64,000 nt of DNA from the human T2T-CHM13v2.0 reference genome, Homo sapiens: assembly GCF_009914755.1 (NCBI RefSeq), contig NC_060930.1; one strand, given 5' to 3'. Within the stretch, counting starts at the first letter, position 1; the number at the start of each line of letters is the position of its first letter. Made by a program: the position numbers and the translations under genes. The notes beneath the pieces are model-generated. The model was not told the DNA's origin, ran no database searches, and saw only the letters and a list, made by a program, of their open reading frames with translations. Of the stretch, positions 12,100 to 27,553 are shown in pieces.

Positions 12100-12880
12100 T
12101 AATAATAGCCATTCTGACTGGTGTGAGATGATATCTCATTATGGTTTTCATTTACATTTCTCTAATGATCAGTAATGTTGAGCTTTTTTCATATCATTGT
12201 TGGCTGCATGTATGTCTTCTTTTGAAAGGTGTCTGTTCATGTCCTTTGCCCAATTTTTATGGGGTTATTTATTTTTTTCTTGTAAATTTGTTTAAGTTCC
12301 TTCTAGATGCTAGATATTAGACCTTTGTTGAATGCATAGTTTGCAAAAATTTTCTCTCATTATGTAGGTTGTCTGTTTATTGATAGTTTCTTCTGTGCAG
12401 AAGCTCTTTACACTATTCACAATAGTAAAAACATATAATCAACCTAAATACCTGTCAGTGATAGACTGGATTAAGGAAATGTATGTGGTACATATACATC
12501 ATGAACTACTATGCAGCCATATAAAAGAATAAGACCATGTCCTCTGCAGGGACATGGATGGAGCTGGAGGCCATTATCCTTAGCAAACTAAGGAACAGAA
12601 AACCAAATACTGTATGTTCTCACTTACAAGTGGGAGCTAAGTGATGAGATCACATGGACACATAGAGGGGAACAACACATGCTGAGGCCTATCAGACGGT
12701 AGAGGGGTGGGGGAAGGAGAGGATCAGGAAAAATAAATAACTGATGGGTACTAGGCTTAATTACCTGAGCGATGAAATAATTTATGCAATAATCCCCTGT
12801 GACACCAGTTTACCTATCTAACAAACCTGCACCTGTACCCCTGAATTTAAAAGTTAAAAAAAGAGATTTTAAATAATATA
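11968..12880 (+). mobile_element. 5'-inverted/truncated L1PA13-16-type LINE-1 (twin priming)
   Basis: Antisense ORF2 at 11968-12410, then sense ORF2 end/3'UTR at 12411-12880. Degenerate TSD aaaatttagcccagag / aaaatattaggccagag. Confidence 0.8.
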
Positions 12881-12899
12881 AAAAATATTAGGCCAGAGT

Positions 12900-13560
12900 T
12901 TATCTCCCAAATGAAGCCTTCTTGGTACTCATAGGTTGCTATATATGCCCATTTTTATCAGCATTACTCCTTCTCTCTAATTGTATTTACTTCATTGTTT
13001 ATTTCTGTGTCTATTGTTCTGATCACATTGTGTGTGAATTCTTTTAGGGAACTCAACATTGTAAACTCAGTGTCTAATTTCCTGACATATGGTAGGAACT
13101 TAATAAATGGTTCTTGAATAAATGAATGGGAGGAAGAAACAAGTTATGTATTTATTCATATTTCCTTTTATTCAGTGATTAGAAATTTCTTATTTTGTAC
13201 CTATTGTGTTCCAGGAATCCTTCTTGGCACTGGGAATACAGAGGTGATGGGCAGGAAAATTCCCTGATTTTATAGAGCTTAAATTCTTGTAGGAGAGACA
13301 GACAATAACAGTAAGTAAATGCTAGACCTTTATAATTAATAATAAATGTTGTTTGCAGTGAAGAAAACTGAGAGAGAGGGTTAACATAGATCAAATATTA
13401 GAGAAAATTTTATTGAGGAGGGGACATTTCAGTTAAGACAGGAATTCTAAAAGGGAGCAACTAAAAAGATGTTGGGATACACTTTTATATGGCTGCATAG
13501 TTCTAGGCAGATGGAACAGTAATTGCTAAGGATCTCACGCAGCAGATTTATTAGTTTTTG
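12900..13560. mobile_element. Degenerate L2 fragments
   Basis: L2 3'-end motifs (aggaacttaataaatggttcttgaataaatgaatg; antisense tattgtgttccagg...gggaatacagaggtga). Confidence 0.5.
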
Positions 13561-15059
13561 CCACATTGTTCCAGCTACTAGGCACACTGCCATGTTATAG
13601 TAAATTATCAATAACTAAAGGTGTCAACATTGTATTTAAGCCATCTTTCTATCTCTCAGGGCCCCCAGTGGAGTCTCTTACATAGTAGTATGTGCTCAGA
13701 CTGTAATCAATTTCAAATGAAATTATTTTTACTGATGTAGAAACTCATCATATTAGCTGTTTATTTTTTATATCAAAAACATTTCTGTAAATAACTTTGT
13801 TTCTGAATCCCACAGCTATTATGGATTTATTTTATTGTGCCATAAGAATTGATGTACACTTAGTTATCCTTAGGTGCCTCAGAATGTAGTATGGTCAGAG
13901 ACTGGTATTCTATTCATGTTTGCCTATCTAGTGTCTAGGAAAATGTTAACCAAATAAAAGGTGCTCATTGAATATATGCATGATAGACAATACAGAATTA
14001 TTTTACTGGTCTTTAGGTTCTTAAAATTATAGAAAAAAATAGTCCTTTCTATGTTGCATGTTTATAAATCCTGAAAGACATGATTATGCTTTTTGCTATA
14101 TGTCAATTATGAACTCTGCTTGAACAAAATACTTTCAATTCACATAAGATATACAGGCTTTCTTCAGAGCCTATAATAGTTTTTGTAAAAATAAAATCGA
14201 AGTTATCCCTGTATTATACCTTGTTCTTTATTCATATTAAATATGTTTATATTTTTAAACTTATTTTTATAAAAGTGCTTCAAATAATTGAAATATTATT
14301 ACCCCCAGCTTTGTATTTATAACAAAGAAAGAAAGAAAGAATATTCTTTGGTACTGTTAAAATTTATTTTGAAAATCCTTGTCGCTGAGCAGCAGCTAAA
14401 ATAAACTCAAGCCTCTTTCATCTTACGAAAGGCTTTTCCATTGTTTATAATCACAAAGACAGTACAATATACAGCGACATTCCATTTTGTAGATGGCATT
14501 CTTGAAACATTTTTAGTATGATAATACCTGTGGTTGAACCTAACTCTAGTTAAGATCTTAGAGTCTGATTAACATGAAGATTATCACCATTCACTTACAG
14601 GGTTATTGAATGAAAACATATATGTTAAGCACCTATTCCACTGGCTTGCTCAGGACTGAAACCTGAGACCACCACCCTGGTAGAGGTGGTCAGCAGCAGA
14701 CAGACCACACAAAGGTGGCTTCTTACTTCCAACCAAATACATAATATAGTCCTCCCTTCATACTGTATTCCTCCTCCCTCTTTCAACACCAGGAATAGGT
14801 AGAGCAAGAAGTATACTGGATAAATTCCTCTTCCATGCAAATGAAAAGTCAGACCACCCTCTTTTTTACGTTCTCGTACGTAAGCAAATCCTGGCCAGCG
14901 AGTGGTGGTGGTGGTGGTGTAAAGATTCCATTTAGAGTCAGATGTGATATTGGAATGTTAAAGTAGATGTAGTTTTATCAAAAGTGACTGGGAAAATCAA
15001 GAAAGAAAATTCATTTAGGTATAATAATGGACTAAAAATAAAACCATTTTATGGATATA

Positions 15060-15300
15060 CACTGTTATGATTAAGATGTGTGCCCTGGAGGCAGAACCAT
15101 GGTATATGGATTCTGATTTCACCACTTCCCAGCTATGTTACTTTGGGGCTTAGTTTTCTTCATCTGCAAAGAGGAAATAGAATTCTTCTTACAAATGTTG
15201 TGAAGATCTGATAAGGCAATATTTGTGTTTAGAACAGTGCTGGGTCCATAGCAATTCCTCAACAAATCTTGTATTTATCTAACTGTCACCATCATCATCA
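15060..15300 (+). mobile_element. MIR
   Basis: MIR core: cttcccagctatgttactttggg...tagttttcttcatctgcaaa...ttgtgaagat. Confidence 0.65.
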
Positions 15301-16459
15301 TCTCACTGAATTGAGACTAATTTACTTGTTATGTTTTTAGGGTGAGGTCAGGATTTAAAAATCTGCAGTGTATAGCATTAAAGTTACTTTAGGCTCTCTG
15401 TGTAGATTGCTCTGATCCCCAAATGTTCACTTGACTTCTTGTTATTCAGAATATCTAAAGTAGCTTCCTCTTCTATCATCACTTTCTAGCACATCTCTTT
15501 AATATACTGTCTTTATTACACATATCACTATCTTTATTTGTGAAGGTTATTATTGATAGTCTCTCTCTATGCCATAGACTATATTTCTTGAGGGTAGGGA
15601 CATTGTCTATCTTATTTATTGCCATAATTCCACTGTCCACAATAGCAGGTTCTCAATACATATATTAATATTTGGACTAAGCCACAATCATGTTTTTTTT
15701 CAGAATCAATTGCTGTTTAATTTATAGACTACATGTACAATCTAGGCATATGTGAATCATTTTACATTTATTTAAATTTAATTGTTAAAATATTGTTATT
15801 AAATTTTACAATATATTAATCCCTTTCAGGCTATATGCTCAGTTTTAGGATTTGGATTTTGAAAAGATATTTTAATGTGATGCTGTCAATAAGCACACTA
15901 AAACTCAATCTGGATAATACCCAGAAAACAAATTAAAATACAAATAGCTCAATTGTACCACTGCAGACTTTTTTTAAAAAACTAATATGTGTAGAATTAG
16001 TATAGCAGACTAAATATTTTGATACTATGTTGGTATAAAACAACAACTAGATTAAATGAGTAACTTGATTTTACAGTTTAATGAAACTATTTAATTCCTC
16101 TTTTAAAAATTCATTAATTGTCCAAGTTAATATGCTGGCAGGCATTTTAGTTATGTTAAAGCAGCTCTTGAAGGTATCACAATTAAGATTAAAAGCTAAT
16201 GTTTCTGCTCTCTTTTAAGAGGCAAAGGTAGAAAACTGTTAAATATCTACAGTAGCTTTAACTTATATATTAAATGTGGTTGCCAATTGATAAATACAAC
16301 AATTTATTTTTAAATCTGGTTGAAATGTTATAGTGATTAAAAAATAAGAACAATATGTCTTTTATGTTTACCTTGACTTTAGCCTTCTATGTTGATTATT
16401 TCTTGTGTAAAATTTGCATCTGGTATCATAACCCTCTCTAAAGAGCTTCCTTCGATATT

Positions 16460-16630
16460 GACCCCAGGTATTCTAATGAGAGAGACTCCTGGCTGACCCC
16501 AGGCATTCTAATAATAGAGACACCTGGGCGACCCCAGGCATTCTAATTGGAGAGACTCCCACTGACCCCAGGCAGTCTAATGATAGACACCTGGGCGACC
16601 CCAAACATTCTAATGGGAAAGACTCCCGGG
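16460..16630. repeat. Minisatellite, 5 copies of a 33-35 bp unit (gaccccaggcattctaat...)
   Basis: Units start at 16460, 16495, 16530, 16564 and 16597. Confidence 0.9.
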
Positions 16631-17206
16631 GGAAGGGGAGGTCCAGATGTTAAGTTTCAAAACACTCTGCAATGGAGTCAGGGATGCTTAGTCAAATTTT
16701 TAAATACTTTTTGTACCAATTTTCTTATGCCTCATAGCACCTCATGGCACATTTCAGTCTAATAATAATAGTGAGAACACCCGTAAATGCTTAGTCATGT
16801 ACTGCGTAACAGAGGGAAGTGGGTGTCCCATGGAACAGTCTTGGAGAGGTGGCAGGAGAGGGACCAGGAGGAGAAAAACAGAACACACGAAGGGAAATGG
16901 TTTGCTTGCCATCGAAGCGCAATGTTCCTTTTCTCTTCATAGTTTTAAATTGTTGCTGTTTAAAAAGAGAGTGGCTTTGAGCAAAGTTAGAAGTTGCTGC
17001 TTCTGTTTGACTCCAATAGGTGACATGCCCCGGGCCCCCAACCAAGGGCACAATCACTTTGGTTGGGCGCACAACTGCTCTCTCCGCCCCCCAAGGCTGT
17101 GCCGTGCCTGAGCTTGGAGGTGGAGCCTCAGAGACGTCCTGGCTTAGGGGAGGCCCTGGCCCTCTTTAGATTCTAATTTCAAAGATTTAGAATCGATGAA
17201 AAAGTA

Positions 17207-17858
17207 CTGCTGATTCTCATTATTCAAAGTAGTTATGTTCAGTAAAGTTGCTATGAACATTAAGTTAGCAAATATTGAACCATTGCTCTTATGGGACATA
17301 TATGGTTAGGTTTCTGCGAGTCTCTCATCAAAATATTTTTGTCAACTAATCGATACAGAGTCTTGTTTTATATGTGTTTCTGTTTAAAGACACCTTATTT
17401 AATATACATTGTTGCTTCATTAACATTGAACACATGACCTACAGCACTGTAACTCATGCCTGAGCAAAACTTGTTTAACACACACGGACTTCCATGAGCT
17501 ACATTCACAGTCTTGTGCTTGGGAACACTAGACAAGCACCTTAGCACCCTGCTTGGGAAACATTTTGAATGAGAAATCACTGACAAAAAGCACAAAAATG
17601 AGGAAAATGTGGCACTAAACAGACTAAAGAAAGGACATACTTGTTTATAGTATGAAAGCTGAAAACAAGAAGCAGAGCATCGTCTTGTTCAAGCTCAGCT
17701 GAGAAAGTATGGGCGGGTGACTCACAACTTTTCCCACTCTGCACATGTCTGCAAATGACTGTGAAAGCACTGAGAATATTGATTTTGAGGTTAAAAATAA
17801 ATTTTAGCAAGCAGGTAAATTGGCAAATATGAAATCTATACATCATAAAAATGGACTA
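17207..17858 (+). mobile_element. MER82 (TcMar-Tigger non-autonomous DNA transposon), full length
   Basis: ~650 bp matching the recalled MER82 sequence (gattctcattattc..gtagttatgttc...aaatattgaaccattgctc). TA flank and degenerate TIRs. Confidence 0.85.
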
Positions 17859-18849
17859 TTTGAGCTCTAAGTATAGGATCATGAATACCATTGAGAAATG
17901 AAGGCAAACCCGAAAATCACTGAGGAAAAGTATATAATTTGATAGTCACTGTTGACATGTATGATTATACTTAGGAAACAAAACAAATATTAAAATAATT
18001 TTAATTATGAGGAACTTGGAAGATTCCTGTAAAGACTCCATTCACTTTAGCTTCTTCAGTAACTTTAAGTGGAAGAGTCCAAGAAAACCACAAACAAGGT
18101 AGGGATACCATGTCACCTCTAATGCGTGAGGAGAAATATTCTTAGGAATAGTAGAGTACTGTCAAGGTGGGAAGTCCTGAGTTACTTTAGATTTCTACAA
18201 TTTATTAATTTTAGATAATAATTATCAATGTTAATTTTTTAAAAAAGTTAGTTAAGACAGATTTTTTCCTTTCTAAATAGAAGTAAAATAATGTATAAAT
18301 GGAAAGTAAAATACAAATAAAAAAGAACAAGTGCTCAGGAAGAAACTGTAGAAACCAATAATAAAAGCCTATAGTCATCACTAAATAAAGAGACAAAGAT
18401 CACAACTTCTGGATACAGAAATTAACAAAAAGAGACTGTTTCTAATGTCGAGAAAGCTTGGCATTCAGTGTTAAATGTCATAACCTTTGTTCCCTTTTTC
18501 TTTTTTTGTGCTGGTTTCAATTGGTACAGCATGTCTTTTGTAGGAAATAATCAGTGCATTTAACTAAAAATAGAATTCTGAAAATGTTTTCTCTTAAATA
18601 TGAATCTAAAAAGAGCTAGTTATGTAGAAAACTAAAATCAAGGACTTCAAGATGGCTTAACTTTATTAGAATGTACACAACATCTTGGAATGAAATGCTA
18701 ATTTAAAACTTATTTATGATAACAGCAAAACCAATAAATCTGCTTTGAAAAAGAAAGCCCCAAAAATGACTTTTGTAAAAAGGAATAAACACTGTTCGTT
18801 TATCTTGACCAAGCCATTTACCTTAATCTAAAGTGACGGAGGAAATAAT

Positions 18850-19030
18850 AAACGCTAATGTTTGCTGAATAATTATAAAGTGTCAGGAACTGTTCCAGCG
18901 CCTATAATATAGGTGCCATTATTATTCTCATTTACAGATGAAACATTAGAGATGCAGAGAAGTGTCTTGTCATGTCTTACAACTACTAGCCAGGTAGTAC
19001 CATTCCAGAGCCCATGCACTTGATGCCACC
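18850..19030 (-). mobile_element. MIR
   Basis: attattctcatttacagatgaaacattagagatgcagagaag core motif. Confidence 0.65.
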
Positions 19031-19579
19031 TCCATACGATGTGAAATGCTATTTCCATGAGTAGAAGAAAAATGAATGGAAAAGCATTTTTACAATAATG
19101 AAGCACCACATAAAAATTAGAAAACATGATGTTGACAATTGTGGACCCTATTCAATTTGAGGTGACTGTGGTCAGGTTCAGAGTCCCATAAGGACATATA
19201 ATCAAGGGGACCTAATCTAGTATAGATATCACATTCCAACTGAGATCTGAAAGGTAAACATTGACTAGCAAGGTGAGGGGTGTGTGTGTGTGTGTGTGTA
19301 CATGTGTGTGTCTGTGTTATACCTGACAAAGGAGTATTCACAAGTAAACCACTTGCGAAAATTCCCTGTGGTGGGAAGGAACTGAAAGGAAGCCAGTATA
19401 ACTAAATTTTGCATGCAAGTCACTGTTGTTAGGGGCAGTGGTAGATTGAAAGAGACAAAGTGAATCTAAATTATAAATATGTTTATTTACTCACACATTG
19501 ATATATTTGATCTAATAAAACATACACAGTGTAGGAATCTGTCATTAAACACAATCCTAAAAAGATTCTTTTAGAGTAG

Positions 19580-19821
19580 TTTTTTTTTCTTTTTTTTTTT
19601 GGTTTAAACAACAGTCATTTATTTTCTCACAGTCTGGAGGCTAGAAGTCCAGGTTCAAGGTACCAACACGGTTGGTTCCTGGTGAGGGCTCTCACCTTGA
19701 CTTGCAGACGGCTGTGTTCTTGCTGTGTCCCCACGTGACCTTTCTTCTGTGTGTGCAAAGACAGCAAGATTGAGCTCTGGTGTCTCTCTGTCTTCTAAGG
19801 ACACTAGTCCTCTTGGATTAG
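19580..19821 (-). mobile_element. Partial MLT1 (MLT1A/B-like MaLR LTR) ending in a poly(A) tail
   Basis: MLT1 motifs (tctcacagtctggaggctagaagtcc..ggtgagggctctc..aaggacactagtc..ggattag). On the minus strand AATAAA (19618-19623) is followed 17 nt later by an A tract (19580-19600). Confidence 0.8.
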
Positions 19822-21840
19822 TTGTTCACAGCTAAATTGGAAGGTACAGAGATTTCCCATATACCCCCAGCCGCAACACACGCATGCACTCCCCAATATT
19901 AAAATTCTCCACCAGAGTGTTACATTTGTTGTAATTGATGAACCTATGTTGACACATCATAATCACTCAAAGTCCATAGATTACATTATGGTTCACTCTT
20001 GGTGGTGTACCTTCTATGGGTTCAGACAAATGTATCATGACATGTATTCATTATTATAGTACCACATAGAGTAGTTCCACCACCCTAAAAATCTGTGTTC
20101 TGCCTATTCATCTCCCTCCCACCTTTCACCTCCTTCCTCCCTCTCTACATATTCCTGGCCAAATCCTGGCAACCACTGATCCATTACTGTCTTCATAGTT
20201 TTTCATTTCCAGAATGTTATATAGCTGGAATCATACTGTATGTTGCCTTTTTAGATTGGATTTTTTCAGTTACTGATATACATTTAATGTTCCTCTATGT
20301 ATTTTCATGGTTGGTGGCTGATTTCCATTTACCACTAATTAATATTCCATTGTCTGAATGCAACATAGTTTATCCACTCATCTGCTGAACGACATATGGG
20401 TTGCTTTCAAATTTGGGCAATTATGAATAAAGTAGCTATAAGCATCTGTGTGCAGGTTTTTGTGTTGACATGTTTTCAGCTCTTTTGGGTAAATACCAAG
20501 GAGCATAATAACTGGGTTGTATGGTGTGAGAATGTTTAGTTTTGTATGAAACTTCCAAACTATATTTCAAAGTGGCTATAATACTTTATTGTCTTCCAAG
20601 GTAGGTGTAAATGAAAGAAATGAAAGTTTATTTAGCAATAAATGAAAGTTTCTGTTGCTCTACATCCTTGCCAACATTAGATATTGTCAGTGTTCCAGAT
20701 TTTCCAAATTCTGATAGATGTGTAGTCCTATATGATTGTTTTAATTTGCATTTCCCTGGTGATATATGAGGTGGAGCATATTTTCATATGTTTATTTGCC
20801 ATCAGTATATCTTCTTTGGTGAGGTGTCTATTCAGGTATTGAGCCCATTTTAATATTGCATTGTTCATTTTTTATTGTTGAGTTTGAAGAGTTTGTTGTA
20901 CATTTTGAATGACAGTCCTTTATAAATGTGTCTTTTGCATTTATATTCATGAGAGATATTGGTCTTTAGCTTTCTTTTCTGCAGTGTCTTTGGTTTTGGC
21001 ATTGGGTAATACTGGCTTCACAGAATGGGTTAGAAATTAGTCCCTCTTCCTCTATCTTTTGAAAGAAATTATAGAGGAATGGTATACTTTCTTCCTTAAA
21101 AGTTTGGCAGAATTCACTAGCAAACACATCTGGACTTACGGCTTTCTGTTTTGGAAATTATCTATTCAATAGCTATAGGCCTATTTCAATAGTCTATTTT
21201 TTCTTCAATGAATTTTGGCACTTCACTCTCTCCTTGCTTGCATGGTTTCTGAAAAGACAGATTTAATTCTTACCTTTGTTTCTCTATTGGTAAGGTGTTT
21301 TTTCTTTGGTCTTCTTTCAGGACATTTTTTACTTTTGCTTTTCTGAGGTTTACAAATAATATACCTAGGTATGGGGGATTTTTTTGGCATCAATTTTTCT
21401 TGGTGTAGTCCAACCTTCCTGAATAACTGGTTTGGTATCTGACATTAATTTGGGCAAAATCGGGGAGGAGCCAAGATGGCCGAATAGGAACAGCTCCGGT
21501 CTACATCTCCCAGCGTGAGCAACGCAGAAGACGGGTGATTTCTGCATTTCCATCTGAGCTTTGAAGAGAGAAGTGGTTCTCCCGGCACGCAGCTGGAGAT
21601 CTGAGAATGGGCAGACTGACTACTCAAGTGGGTCCCTGACCCCTGATCCCCGAGCAGTCTAAATGGGAGGCACCCCCCAGCAGGGGCAGACTGACACCTC
21701 ACATGGCTGGGTACTCCAACAGACCTGCAGCTGAGGGTCCTGTCTGTTAGAAGGAAAACTAACAAACAGAAAGGACATCCACACCAAAAACCCATCTACA
21801 TCACCATCATCAAAGACCAAAAGTAGATAAAACCGTAAAG

Positions 21841-22856
21841 GTGGGGAAAAAACAGAGCAGAAAAACTGGAAACTCTAAAAAGCAGAGTGCCTCTCCTCCT
21901 CCAAAAGAATGCAGTTCCTCACCAGCAATGGAGCAAAGCTGGATGGAGAATGACTTTGATGAGCTGAGAGAAGAAGGCTTCAGACAATCAAATTACTCCG
22001 AGCTACAGGAGGGAATTCAAACCAAAGGCAAAGAAGTTGAAAACTTTGGAAAAAATTTAGAAGAATGTATAACTAGAATAACCAATACGGAGAAGTGCTT
22101 AAAGGAGCTGATGGAACTGAAAACCAAGGCTCGAGAACTACGTGAAGAATGCAGAAGCCTCAGGAGCCCATGCAATCAACTGGAAGAAAGGGTATCAGTG
22201 ATGGAAGATGAAATGAATGAAATGAAGCAAGAAGGGAAGTTTAGAGAAAAAAGAATAAAAAGAAACGAACAAAGCCTCCAAGAAATATGGGACTATGTAA
22301 AAAGACCAAATCTACGTCTGATTGGTGTACCTGAAAGTGATGGGGAGAATGGAACCAAGTTGGAAAACACCCTGCAGGATATTATCCAGGAGAACTTCCC
22401 CAATCTAGCAAGGCAGGCCAACATTCAGAGTCAGGAAATACAGAGAACGCCACAAAGATACTCCCCGAGAAGAGCAACTCCAAGACACATAATTGTCAAA
22501 TTCACCAAAGTTGAAATCAAGGAAAAAATGTTAAGGGCAGCCAGAGAGAAAGGTCGGGTTACCCTCAAAGGGAAGCCCATCAGACTAACTGCGGATCTCT
22601 TGGCAGAAACTCTACAAGCCAGAAGAGAGTGGGGGCCAATATTCAACATTCTTAAAGAAAAAAATTTCAACCCAGAATTTCATATCCAGCCAAACTAAGC
22701 TACATAAGTGAAGGAGAAATAAAATACTTTACAGACAAGCAAATGCTGAGAGATTTTGTCACCACCAGGCCTGCCCTAAAAGAGCTCCTGAAGGAAGCGC
22801 TAAACATGGAAAGGAACAACCGGTACCAGCTGCTGCAAAATCATGCCAAAATGTAA
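21841..22856 (+). pseudogene. L1 ORF1p, start codon mutated to GTG and frameshift near 22660
   Basis: (M)GKKQSRKTGNSK..coiled coil..RPNLRLIGVPE..ARREWGPIFNILKEKNF. Native stop TAA at 22854-22856. Confidence 0.93.
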
Positions 22857-22919
22857 AGACCATCGAGACTAGGAAGAAACTGCATCAACTAATGAGCAAA
22901 ATCACCAGCTAACATCATA

Positions 22920-27553
<4,634 letters not shown>

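Noticed and set aside
16460-16630. CRISPR-like repeat/spacer appearance
   Set aside because: Primate context, no cas genes, and the 'spacers' are related to each other; it is a minisatellite.
18007-18098. ATG-initiated 30-codon frame ending at a donor-like site
   Set aside because: No recognisable protein similarity and short enough to be chance.
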